A stretch of DNA of 54,804 bases, counting the filler, from Stramenopiles sp. TOSAG23-2 (Eukaryota), in assembly GCA_900128395.1 (NCBI GenBank). It is 3 parts of 3 records of this genome, joined end to end, with 100 filler letters (N's around TTAATTAATTAA, not from the genome) between each part and the next. Parts side by side here need not be neighbours in the genome. Positions count along the whole stretch, not along the records: positions 18,309 to 36,512 come from LT649614.1; positions 36,613 to 54,804 come from LT649615.1; 1 more part is not named here. One strand, given 5' to 3'. The notes under the pieces were generated by a model. That model did not search any database and was not told where the DNA came from. It saw nothing but the letters and a program-made list of their open reading frames with translations. Shown in pieces: positions 32,769 to 42,656 of this stretch. The position numbers were made by a program, and so were the translations under genes. How positions within the stretch are numbered: position 1 is the first letter of the stretch; each line of letters begins with the position of its first letter.

Positions 32769-35700
32769 TCATACCGACAAGTTTTTCCATTCAGTCCACG
32801 TCTTCATTCCAAAACATGTATCGCAGATGCGCATTTTTTGTTTGCTTACGGCAGCGATGACAACACGTTGAGAAGAACATTTCATGCATACCAATTCACC
32901 ACATTTTCTACAATGGTGCCGTCTTTTTAGAAGTGTAAATGTAATATCGCAATTTGAACATATGTTTGAAGAATTATTTGGTTTCCAAGTTGATTTATCT
33001 ATGTGCAAATCATATTCTTTTATTGCCTCTTCACGTGATATCTTTTTCCTACCGCCACTACCACTCATCATCATACCAAAACGTTGATCCACACCATATC
33101 CATTCTGTGCTAAAATATCAACATGTTCTGCAGCTACCCAATGGATCGATCCATCACTTTTCTTGAACACTTTCTGGATTTTACCACTTTTGACTAATTT
33201 ATTCCATTCTTTCTCTCCAAACCCGTCTTTTCCTAATATCTTTTCCATAACTTCGCTTGCTAATACGGTAGGCAAATCAACGTCCTTATGCGATGGTACT
33301 AGTTTCTTATGTTTCTCCATCGATTTGATATCGTTTTCAATTTTTGTTATATACTTATTTACTTTTTTCATTTGACCAGTCATTCCAACAATTAATTTAA
33401 AACTCTCTGATAATAAGTCAAAATTGATTGTTTCAACAGCTGTTTTTGCTACAGGAATAAACTTCCCAACTTTTGCTGCTATTGCAAACATTTTTGTGAT
33501 AAAATAAAGGTACGGAGCAAGTTTGACTAATAGTGTACCTGGCAATTCAACTAATATTCCATCTCCAAAAGGATCTTTTAAATCCTTGCATTTTCCTGGC
33601 AGTAACATCGGTCCTTCGTCAACTATATAAAAACGAAAGTATTTTTTCCACCCTACTTTTTCTAACGTATTTTTTTTCAAGTTTTCCGCCCATTTCAATA
33701 TGCCAGCTTCTTCTTTCCTTGCCTCTGGGACACAAAAACAAAAATATGGATATTTTGAATTTTGAACATTAATTATTAATTGAAATACACTTTCCATTTT
33801 TGTTCCTAATTCTTCAACAGAATCTTCTAAACGATTAAATCCATCTTCAATACTTTCTAAAATACGTTGTTCCACTGCAGACAATTTATTGACGATAACC
33901 GACATTCGCATGGAAGCTTCACTACTCCATATACTATGTTTTAATATTTGTGCAAATGAATAACGATCATCTGGATTACGCAGTAACATTTCTTTTAAAA
34001 TTTTCTTCACATCATGTCTTAAATTGGATGGGAATGTTGCTTTAAATTTTGGATTTGCTAAAATCGTTTTGTATTCATCATTTTCAATTAATTCAGGTGC
34101 AAAATATTCTTTTCCAGTAAAGAGACGGTACAAGATCAAACCAAATATAAATACGTCTTGTTTGCTATCTAGTAGCAGCACTTTTTGCGTTCCTTTTTCT
34201 TCTTCTTCTTCTTCTTCTTGCTTCAACATCAACTCTGCGCGTTCAGGGGAAATGTAACCAGGTGTTACTAAATTATCTGAATCCATTCCTTGTGTATTGA
34301 ACGGTATTTTAGTAGTATCATCATCATTCATACTATCTCCATTGTTAAACGAGTAAAAGCAACTGTCAAAATCAATTGCCTTGTATTTAAACTCATTGTT
34401 GACATTAAAACTGACGAAATTTCCAGGCTTTACATCTCCCCAAACAATACCACATTCGCTTATGAAATGTCCAATTTCAAGTAGTTGATATGCCACTGAT
34501 ACTTTTTGTATAAACTGCTGTTTATCGTGTATTGAGGTAAACCTGTCTGCTAGTGTACCACGATGCTCAACACCTCTTTCTAATACAAGAGCATGTGTCC
34601 CATTGTTGTCGTAGTTTGGTATGTAATCATAAAATTTTACAACGTGATCATTTGCTGAATTGCCTCGTTTGTTTTTAAAAAGACGTAATACACTAGCTTC
34701 TCTTTCTAATGTGTGTGATTTAGTTAATTTGGCAACAAGAGGTGTATTTTGTGCATCGTTTGTATTTGCCAGTACAACTTTTACCCCATCTCGTTTCGAT
34801 AAATTTCGTCCACGTATTTGAAAATTATAATTAAAGACAATTTTCCCACTTGCAGAGGCGATGGAATTACTATTTGATATTGAAGTACTAGAGGTGGAAT
34901 AGCGATTGGACAAAACGTGTATTGCTTGCGTCAATTTTGACACATGTCCAGATTTGACAATGCCGATTTCGGTTAATGTCTCTGTTGTCATCATACGTAT
35001 AATATTCAAATCTTCATATCCTTCATTTAAAAATAGTTCATAGTACATTGATAAATTTAAACTTGAAAAAAAATACGTTAGAAAAAGTAGGGTGGAATAA
35101 ATTTAAACTTGACAACCAATCTTTTACTGCACGTTTTGCATGAGCTACATCTTGTTTTTCTTGTTGCTCCCGCTCTTCTTCTAACCGTTTCTGCTCCATA
35201 TCAATACGTACTTGTTCTTTTGCAGCTTTTTCTTGTTCTTCTTTTCGTTTTTGTTCCTCCTTTTTTTGCAACTCTTGTTTTAGCATTTCTAAACGTTTTA
35301 CCTCTGCTTTCTCTGCTGCATCTTTTTTTGCTTGTTCAATTGCATCTTGTTTTGCCTTTTCAATCGCTTGTTTTTGACGCTCTAGTTCTTTTTCTTGCTC
35401 TAAAAGTTCTTGTTTTTGTTTTTCTCGCTCAATTTGTTCTCGCTCTTTTTCATATGCAACTTGTTTTGCTTTTAACAGTTCTTCTTCTTGCTTTGCTCGA
35501 GCTAATTCTAATAATTCTTTTCGTTTTATTATTTCTTTTTCTTTCTCAAGAAGGTTTCTTTTAATTTCATTTGAAATTGATGGGAAGTTTTGTTGTAATA
35601 TTTGTTTTGCCAACTCTGGCGATGCTAAATGTTGTATTGATGGTTGATGTTTAATATCATTTGCTAATTGTAATGGCGTTTTTCCTTTATTTGTTTTTGC

Positions 35701-36512
35701 ATTCAATTCGTTCGTGGTGGCATAAAGGACGATTAACAGAGGAATTAAATGATCACGTTTGAAATATGATGCATAATGCAGCAAATTCCATTGTGAATTT
35801 GAACTTTTCCATACTAAACTTTTTTCTTTATTTAATTTGTACAGGTAATATACTAGATCGACAGTAGCACCTTTCCATACAGCGAAAGAAATTGGTATAA
35901 AACCTGATTTATTTGTAGGTTTAGATAAGAGCATGATTTCTTGTCCTGCTGGGAGTAGCGTTTTTACATGCTCAACAGTTGTTTGTTGCCATGCCTCTTC
36001 AATTTGGGAGTGCAAAGTCTGTATCATTGTGTATTGATTTTTTATTGATGCGATGGTGCTAATACCATCATCATTGATTGTGGATGGTTTGGCAGAAAGT
36101 GTTTTTATGGAACGCATAAGTTTTTTGAGATGGCCTTTTTTTGTTATACTGCGTTGTATAGGATGGGGAGTGTTAGTTTGTAAAACGAAAACATAAAAAC
36201 ATGGAAACAATATTGATCTAACTTACCCTGCTTCTTTTAAATCATTTTCTTCCATCGAGATAATAATTTCTAAATCNNNNNNNNNNNNNNNNACTGTGCC
36301 ACAATATTCATCATTTTCCCATTTTCCTTCAAACAGAACAGTATTGTTGGATGCCAATAATTTTCCATTTCCATGACGTTTATTATTCTCCCATTCTCCT
36401 TCATAAACTTCTCCATTATCGGCATATGTCATTTTACCTTGTCCACAACGTTCGTATGCTGGAGTATCTGAGTTAAGGGTTCCTTCATACACATTTTTTG
36501 TGTCGTCACACC
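32769..36512 (-). CDS. Multidomain kinase: MORN repeats - ankyrin - coiled coil - SAM - atypical protein kinase - helical domain - FYVE; frameshifted as assembled
   Basis: MORN (YEGEWENNKRHGNG). Intron 36226-36149 (GTAAGT...CTAAC...CAG) is in frame. Ankyrin (LLHYA, GKTPLQLA), SAM (VKDWLSSLNLSMYYELF once the 46-nt insertion is removed), kinase VAK / WGDVKPGN / DFD / TPGYISPE, and FYVE (WKPN...RRHHCRKCG...RICDTC). Confidence 0.8.
35059..35097. repeat. 39-bp perfect inverted copy of 33646-33684, flanked by a 16-bp direct duplication (35051-35066 and 35097-35112)
   Basis: The reverse complement of 35059-35097 is ttccaccctactttttctaacgtattttttttcaagttt, identical to 33646-33684. ataaatttaaacttga occurs twice, 46 nt apart. 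Confidence 0.95.
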
Positions 36513-36612
36513 NNNNNNNNNNNNNNNNNNNNNNNNNNNNNNNNNNNNNNNNNNNNTTAATTAATTAANNNNNNNNNNNNNNNNNNNNNNNNNNNNNNNN
36601 NNNNNNNNNNNN
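36513..36612. other. Scaffold gap (100 nt) with TTAATTAATTAA spacer
   Basis: N run with ttaattaattaa at 36557-36568. A separate 16-N gap lies at 36277-36292. Confidence 0.97.
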
Positions 36613-36759
36613 TCAAATCCAGCTGGTAAAACTAATATACCAATCTTAATAGGTGGTGGTGCCCTTTTTTGTTTTAACCCTTCAATCGTTGATGGTTTTA
36701 ACGACGTACGACATTGTCGTTTTGCAGGTGGTGGATCTGTTGTAAGTGATGCATGCCAT
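36613..36759 (-). CDS. Probable gene 5' end (MASLTTDPPPAKRQ...KIGILVLPAGF) running into the gap, with an apparent 4-nt frameshift
   Basis: (AT)n leader and acaaccATGG context. ATG GCAT GCAT CA reaches an open frame only if one GCAT is removed. Confidence 0.45.
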
Positions 36760-37354
36760 GGTTGTGTGTGTATATATATGTATGTATATATATATTTATA
36801 TTATGTTTTCTATATTTTCTACTTTCTATAATTTAAATTCTAATTCATTCATTGCTTAGTGTTCATCAAAACATGCCTATTCCTTAGATGTATATTATTA
36901 AGGTAAATTAAAATTGTTTCTACGCGATAATATTGAGTATAAATTCCTATATTCTCTATATGTAATAGCGAGCTAACAGAGACCCAACGACCAGCGAGCT
37001 GTGTGGGCGAGCCATGCAAAATGACATCGCGCAACAACATTTTGTTGTTGCAACACACCACCACAACAATAATAATAATACGCACAACGCACAACACTAC
37101 TGACTACTGGCACATATAACTCACAGGTAATAATAATAATTTTTAGAGATACATTTTCCAAATAGTATATGTCCAGATACTCCATTTTCCAACTAATATT
37201 GCAATATATTCGCCATTGATTCTTACATAAATTATTCTCTATTTGATATAAATTATTTAAAATATTATTCAATTATTTATCAAACCATAATTGAAAAGCT
37301 TGCATATATATATATATATATATAACACTTAATTATTTTTTTAATTAAAGTGGT

Positions 37355-40239
37355 ATGGCGAGCTTAGCTTTTGGTGACGATGATAATAATAACAATAACA
37401 ACAACAACAACAACTATTCGAATTTGAATATTGGTTATGCTGCTGCGGGTAAAATGATGCGCACAAGAAGCGAAGAATCAAGAATGAAAAGAGATAGTGA
37501 AATTGCGAAAAAGTTACAAGAACAATTTAATCAAGAAGATATGGAAGCTATTGAAAGACGTAGGAAAGAAATTGAAGAAGATGATTTAACTTTACTAGAT
37601 TTACTTGCGCCGTATAGAGATAACATTAATAGTTACCTTGATAAAAAATTTCGAAATACGTTAGGTACAAATTGTACTATAACTTGTATAGAGCGCAATT
37701 ATCATTCTTTGCCAGGGCAACCAATGTATAATAATTTTGTTACTGCGTGGCAAAGTGTTTCCAATGAAACTATTCAATATATGTTTCATGGTACAAATGA
37801 AAATAACATTACATCAATATGTCAAAATGGGTTAGATCCAACTCGACGTGGCCAACATGGTCAAGCATACGGCCAGTAAGTAAAATTGTTCCATCTTTTT
37901 AAATATATAATAAATTGACATCTCTAACACAAAGCTTTTTTCTATACCATGCTCCATATAGAGGGGAATATTTTGGTAAAGATGCTAGAATTTCGTTAAA
38001 TTATTGTTCAGGAACAAATTTAAAAATGTTGGTATTTGTTTGCTTGATGGATAAAAGTGGATTGACATATGACAGCAGTAATATGGTAGTTATAAATAAG
38101 ACATCACACCAATTGCCCATATTTATCGTTCATTTCACTTGTCCACAACGCTCATCATTTGGGGGTTTTGGTGGTGGGGGAGGTAATACATTTGGTGGTG
38201 GTACCTTTGGTGGTGGTAGACGAATAGGTGTTAGAAAAAAGATAAAACCGAGGAAGAACAAAAAACCTATTAATCTTGGTGGTGGTGGTAGCTTTGGCGG
38301 GGGGCAAACATCTACAAGTGGATTTGGTGGGCAGTCAAATACATTTGGCGGGCAGTCAAAAAATACATTTGGTGCAACACAATCAACAACTAATGGACCT
38401 ACTGGCTTTGGTTCCGGGCAAACATCTACAAATACAAGTGGATTTGGCGGGCAGTCAAATACATTTGGCGGGCAGTCAAAAACAACATTTGGTGCAACAC
38501 AATCAACAACTAATGGACCTATTGGCTTTGGTTCCGGGCAAACATCTACAAATACAGGTGGATTTGGTGGGCAGTCAAATACATTTGGCGGGCAGTCAAA
38601 AAATACATTTGGTGCAACACAATCAACAACTAATGGACCTACTGGCTTTGGTTCCGGGCAAACATCTACAAATACAAGTGGATTTGGTGGGCAGTCAAAT
38701 ACATTTGGCGGGCAGTCAAAAACAACATTTGGTGCAACACAATCAACAACTAATGGACCTATTGGCTTTGGTTCCGGGCAAACATCTACAAATACAGGTG
38801 GATTTGGTGGGCAGTCAAATACATTTGGCGGGCAGTCAAAAAATACATTTGGTGCAACACAATCAACAACTAATGGACCTACTGGCTTTGGTTCCGGGCA
38901 AACATCTACAAATACAAGTGGATTTGGCGGGCAGTCGAATACATTTGGCAGTGGCGCTTTTGGTGGATATACTGCACCTACAAGCGGAACTACATTTGGT
39001 GGGGGTAATAGTAATATGTTTGGGGCTAGTACATTTGGATTTGTCAGTAATAATAATAATAATAATAATAACAACAACAACAAGAAAATACAAACTTTTG
39101 GTGGCAGCAACAATCTTCAAAAACATTCAGTAAATGAGAAATTATCTTATCAGTATACCGATACTATAAATTGGGAAAAAGAAACGAAATGGAAACGAGT
39201 ATATCCACCTGAGTACGATCCAAATGAAGAGGATATAATTGATTTGGAACCATTTGGAGACGGTATTGAAGAAATCATAATTAAGTTGCCTTGTACTCAT
39301 GTATATAAAAAGAATAATTTACTCAACTGGTTAACAAAATCACAACCACGATGCCCAATGTGCAAAAGATATTATGGTCTCGGTAGTCAGCCATCCGGAA
39401 CAATGTCCATTGTCTTGATGCCAAATATTGACTGTGGTGGTTCCCCACATGGCGTAGGTACCTTTCAAGTCACATATAATTTCCCTAATGGAGTACAAGG
39501 TACTAGGATGAATAATCCAGGAAATCGGTATCAGGGAACACGAAGGAAATGTTATTATCCAAATACAAAAGATGGAAATGTAATGGTACAGTTGTTAAAA
39601 CTTGCATTTTTAAATGGTGTATTATTTGTAGTTGGTCAAAGTGTAACAACAGGACGAGATAATTGTGTAATCTGGGGTGGTATACATCAGAAAACCAATC
39701 TACATGGTGGTCCACAAAAACATGGTTGGCCTGATCCAAAGCGTCTTGAGGCAATGACTAGAGAATGTAAGGACAATGGAATTGAATTGAAAATTCCCGC
39801 AAAAACAAAACAAAAAAACAAAGAAACGATGAAAAGCACATCATTATCGCCATTGGAAATGGCAAAGCATTTCTTACTGTATATTTCGAAATATACAGAC
39901 AAAAAGAATACAAGTGATGAGCGTACCAATCATATCTTAGCGATGCTTGTAGATTTAAACTTATCTCAAAACGATATCAACAATGAAGTCTTTTTGAAAG
40001 GAAAAATTTTAGAAGCAGAAGAAATTTGTAAAAAAGAAATGATAGAATTTGGTACAATTCTTTTCAAAAAAATAGAAAAGCATGCGTCGCGAAAAGATAC
40101 AAAACATGTGCAAAAGATATTGGCAATGTTTTTAGAATTGGGGCGTAAAACTCGTGTGCGATTAGTTAATAAAGAGCAAGATGCTAACAATGAATTGTTT
40201 TTGATAGAGAAAATTAAAGAGGCGGAGGCATTGATTTAA
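37355..40239 (+). CDS. PARP-like ADP-ribosyltransferase fused to FG repeats, degenerate RING, Deltex C-terminal domain and two MLLE-like domains; exons 37355-37875 and 37962-40239
   Basis: Intron 37876-37961 (GTAAGT...CTAAC...TAG) rebuilds HGQAYGQ|GEYF. MFHGT; LPCTH...CPMC; GSQPSGTM, YNFPNGVQ, PGNRYQGTRRKCYYP, FVVGQSVTTG, WGGIHQKT, HGWPD; KILAMFLEL...KIKEA. Confidence 0.9.
38303..38950 (+). repeat. Coding 120-bp tandem repeat (40 aa, FG-rich), about 5.4 copies with alternating A/B variants
   Basis: Near-identical units start at 38341, 38461, 38581, 38701 and 38821. The variants KN/T/S and KT/I/G alternate. Confidence 0.97.
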
Positions 40240-40470
40240 AAATGATACGCACGTAGATTTGTAATTTACGCAATTAAAATTTATTTTTTTTTAATTTTTT
40301 GCACTCTTATTTGATAATTTCTACGCATGATATTATTCCACAATTTTAATATGCTTCGTAGAAACTTTTTTTGAACAAAAATTTTAAAATGCTTTCCAAT
40401 ATCTTATCTAGAGATGAATGAAAATTATACGAAATGTCGTCATATGTATCCCAAATATTTAATATGTATA

Positions 40471-42111
40471 CTACTGTATCTGGCACAATTTAACTTTACT
40501 TTTTCTCAATTGTTCTAATTGAACTGAAGTTATTATTTCGTGCTCTTTCAAAAATAATAATCCCGCATCTCTTCCACTATCAAGTGCACCATGTGTCGTG
40601 CCACTCCAATGACTATGACATGCTTCACCGGCAAAATAGATGTTATTTCTTTTTTTATTTGTATCGTTATTTCCTATCCTAATTGGTGACTCCAATTTAG
40701 TGCGATCAATTTTTTCTGATGATTTATGTAAAAAACTATATGCTCCGCAGCTATAAGGTGAAGTGCCCCAAGTCGATTTTGTTGTAGATATTAATTTTTC
40801 TTTAATTATATCCATTGAAATATCCATACCTGTAGACAAGCTATTTAACGCTTTTTTAATAATTGTATTTTCATCTAAATTTTCCAGTATGGTGGCATTT
40901 TCTCCACCAGCAAATGCTAATAAAATTGGTTTCTTTGTCACAGTACTGTAATCTAAAAATATTTGGAATTCACCCAAGTTTGATGAAGGTACAATTAACC
41001 ATTTTGCTTCATCATGTTGTTTTGCTTCATCATCGTCCTCGTCAATCCAAAATAAATCAGTAAAACATAAATACAATTTGAATACATTACCAAAACCGAG
41101 ATTTTTAATTGCTTCAATTTTATACGATGGTAACATCCCATTTGGAAACAATTTTGTATGGTTTTTCTTTAATACACCTAACGGGAGGGTAATAATCGCT
41201 ACATCAACATTGAATTTTTTCACAACATTCTTTTCATTATTATTCTTACCATTATTTTTTTTTATTGTATGAATTATAATATTTTTTCTATTATTGTTGC
41301 CACTATTACTATTATTATCTTCATCCTTCAATGTTACTTGTTCCATTTCATGCAATAAAAAAGTTTTAAAATTATTAGGATATTTTGATACAAGATCTTG
41401 ATGAAATGTTTGTACCGCATTTCCAAATGTTGATGATACAACAACGTTACCACCACTTATATCTAATCCACCACCTTCTTCAAAATCTTTCAATGGAAGT
41501 TGCGATGAATCACCGCCTACAATAATAGAAATACATTCTAAAAATACAGAAATTAAACGCCGCATATTTTTTACAATTTCTGGTGATAATGCGTCATTCG
41601 CTAAATCTTCCGGGGGCATCGATTCATACTGTTTCAATATCTTTTCAACACCATCTTGTAAAGATAAAGAATTATTTGATGGATTTAGATTATTTAATTC
41701 TCCTACTTCTTGCAATATTTCTTCGAAATATTTTGAGTATTTTTTAAATTCAATATCAGCTGGATATACTATTGAGTTTTCTTCAAATGGCAAAGACAAG
41801 AATTCAGTATGTACATTGCTTTCCATTTTCCCGTAGGTTTGTACAAAATGGATTACTGGATTATTTACAGGCATATGTATCCAAGATGCGCCTAAATCAA
41901 CTATTGTATCGTTATTCACTTGAATTGCTCTGGTTCTACCACCTACAGCATTTTGTGCTTCTATTAACGTGACATTAATATTATTGCTTTTACTATTTTC
42001 TAAAATGGTTTTACAACAATGTAATCCACTAAGTCCTGCACCGACCACAGCAACTTCAATTGCTTGGTTTGCGGAGGTAGGTGTTGATGGTTGGTGAGCT
42101 AATGATGCCAT
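40471..42111 (-). CDS. Flavin-containing amine oxidase (polyamine oxidase/LSD-like family) with C-terminal CaaX
   Basis: VVGAGLSGL, EA...GGR, DLGASWIH, ITLPLGVLK, W...GAYS, YFAGEA and GTTHGALDSG; ends KSKVKLCQIQ. Likely start MASLAH at 42111. Confidence 0.92.
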   Translation of the reverse strand: MASLAHQPSTPTSANQAIEVAVVGAGLSGLHCCKTILENSKSNNINVTLIEAQNAVGGRTRAIQVNNDTIVDLGASWIHMPVNNPVIHFVQTYGKMESNVHTEFLSLPFEENSIVYPADIEFKKYSKYFEEILQEVGELNNLNPSNNSLSLQDGVEKILKQYESMPPEDLANDALSPEIVKNMRRLISVFLECISIIVGGDSSQLPLKDFEEGGGLDISGGNVVVSSTFGNAVQTFHQDLVSKYPNNFKTFLLHEMEQVTLKDEDNNSNSGNNNRKNIIIHTIKKNNGKNNNEKNVVKKFNVDVAIITLPLGVLKKNHTKLFPNGMLPSYKIEAIKNLGFGNVFKLYLCFTDLFWIDEDDDEAKQHDEAKWLIVPSSNLGEFQIFLDYSTVTKKPILLAFAGGENATILENLDENTIIKKALNSLSTGMDISMDIIKEKLISTTKSTWGTSPYSCGAYSFLHKSSEKIDRTKLESPIRIGNNDTNKKRNNIYFAGEACHSHWSGTTHGALDSGRDAGLLFLKEHEIITSVQLEQLRKSKVKLCQIQ

Positions 42112-42656
42112 GTGTTGTATGGTAAACGTATTGGAGAAGGGGTATATGTGTGTATATGATGTACAATATACTGTAGATATAGTCATAATATATGTATCTT
42201 TTCTGTTGCGCGAGGCACTCCGCTACTAAAAAGTTAAAAGTCGTTCTTATTCTACTACAGTATAGTATATTAATATTATACTGAACACTACTCCTATGTG
42301 ATGATAAAATCTTAGGACCTTGATTGATCTATTAAGGTACCAGGTTAACACAATTTAAATTGTCCCGTATTAGGTGTATAGTAAGTAAGCATGCCAGGCA
42401 TCATGTCGTATCTTCCTTAATATATATAAATTTATCGATCGAAGTATAACTACTACTACATTGAAATGACATCGATCGAGAAGAAAGAAGCATTTTTTAT
42501 AAATTTAAATTGTTGTGTGTGTGTGCGTGTGTGTGTGTGTGTTGTAGAAGAAAAAGAAAGAAATGTACGTGAACAAGCACACAAATATTCCAGTGTCATC
42601 AAATACAATCGTTTATGTATAAACAACAAGTAGCATTTTAGTCGGAAAAATAATAT

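Noticed and set aside
35062-35108. Simple GT-AG intron using the duplicated AAGT
   Set aside because: It would remove 47 nt and leave a frameshift with an immediate stop; only weaker donors restore the frame.
38303-38950. Regular repeats as a CRISPR array, or the gene as a nucleoporin
   Set aside because: There are no unique spacers, the repeat is in-frame coding, and the flanking domains are PARP, RING and DTC rather than Nup98-type.
38130-39133. Long alternative-frame and antisense ORFs over the FG repeat
   Set aside because: Stop-free by-products of a 3n tandem repeat.
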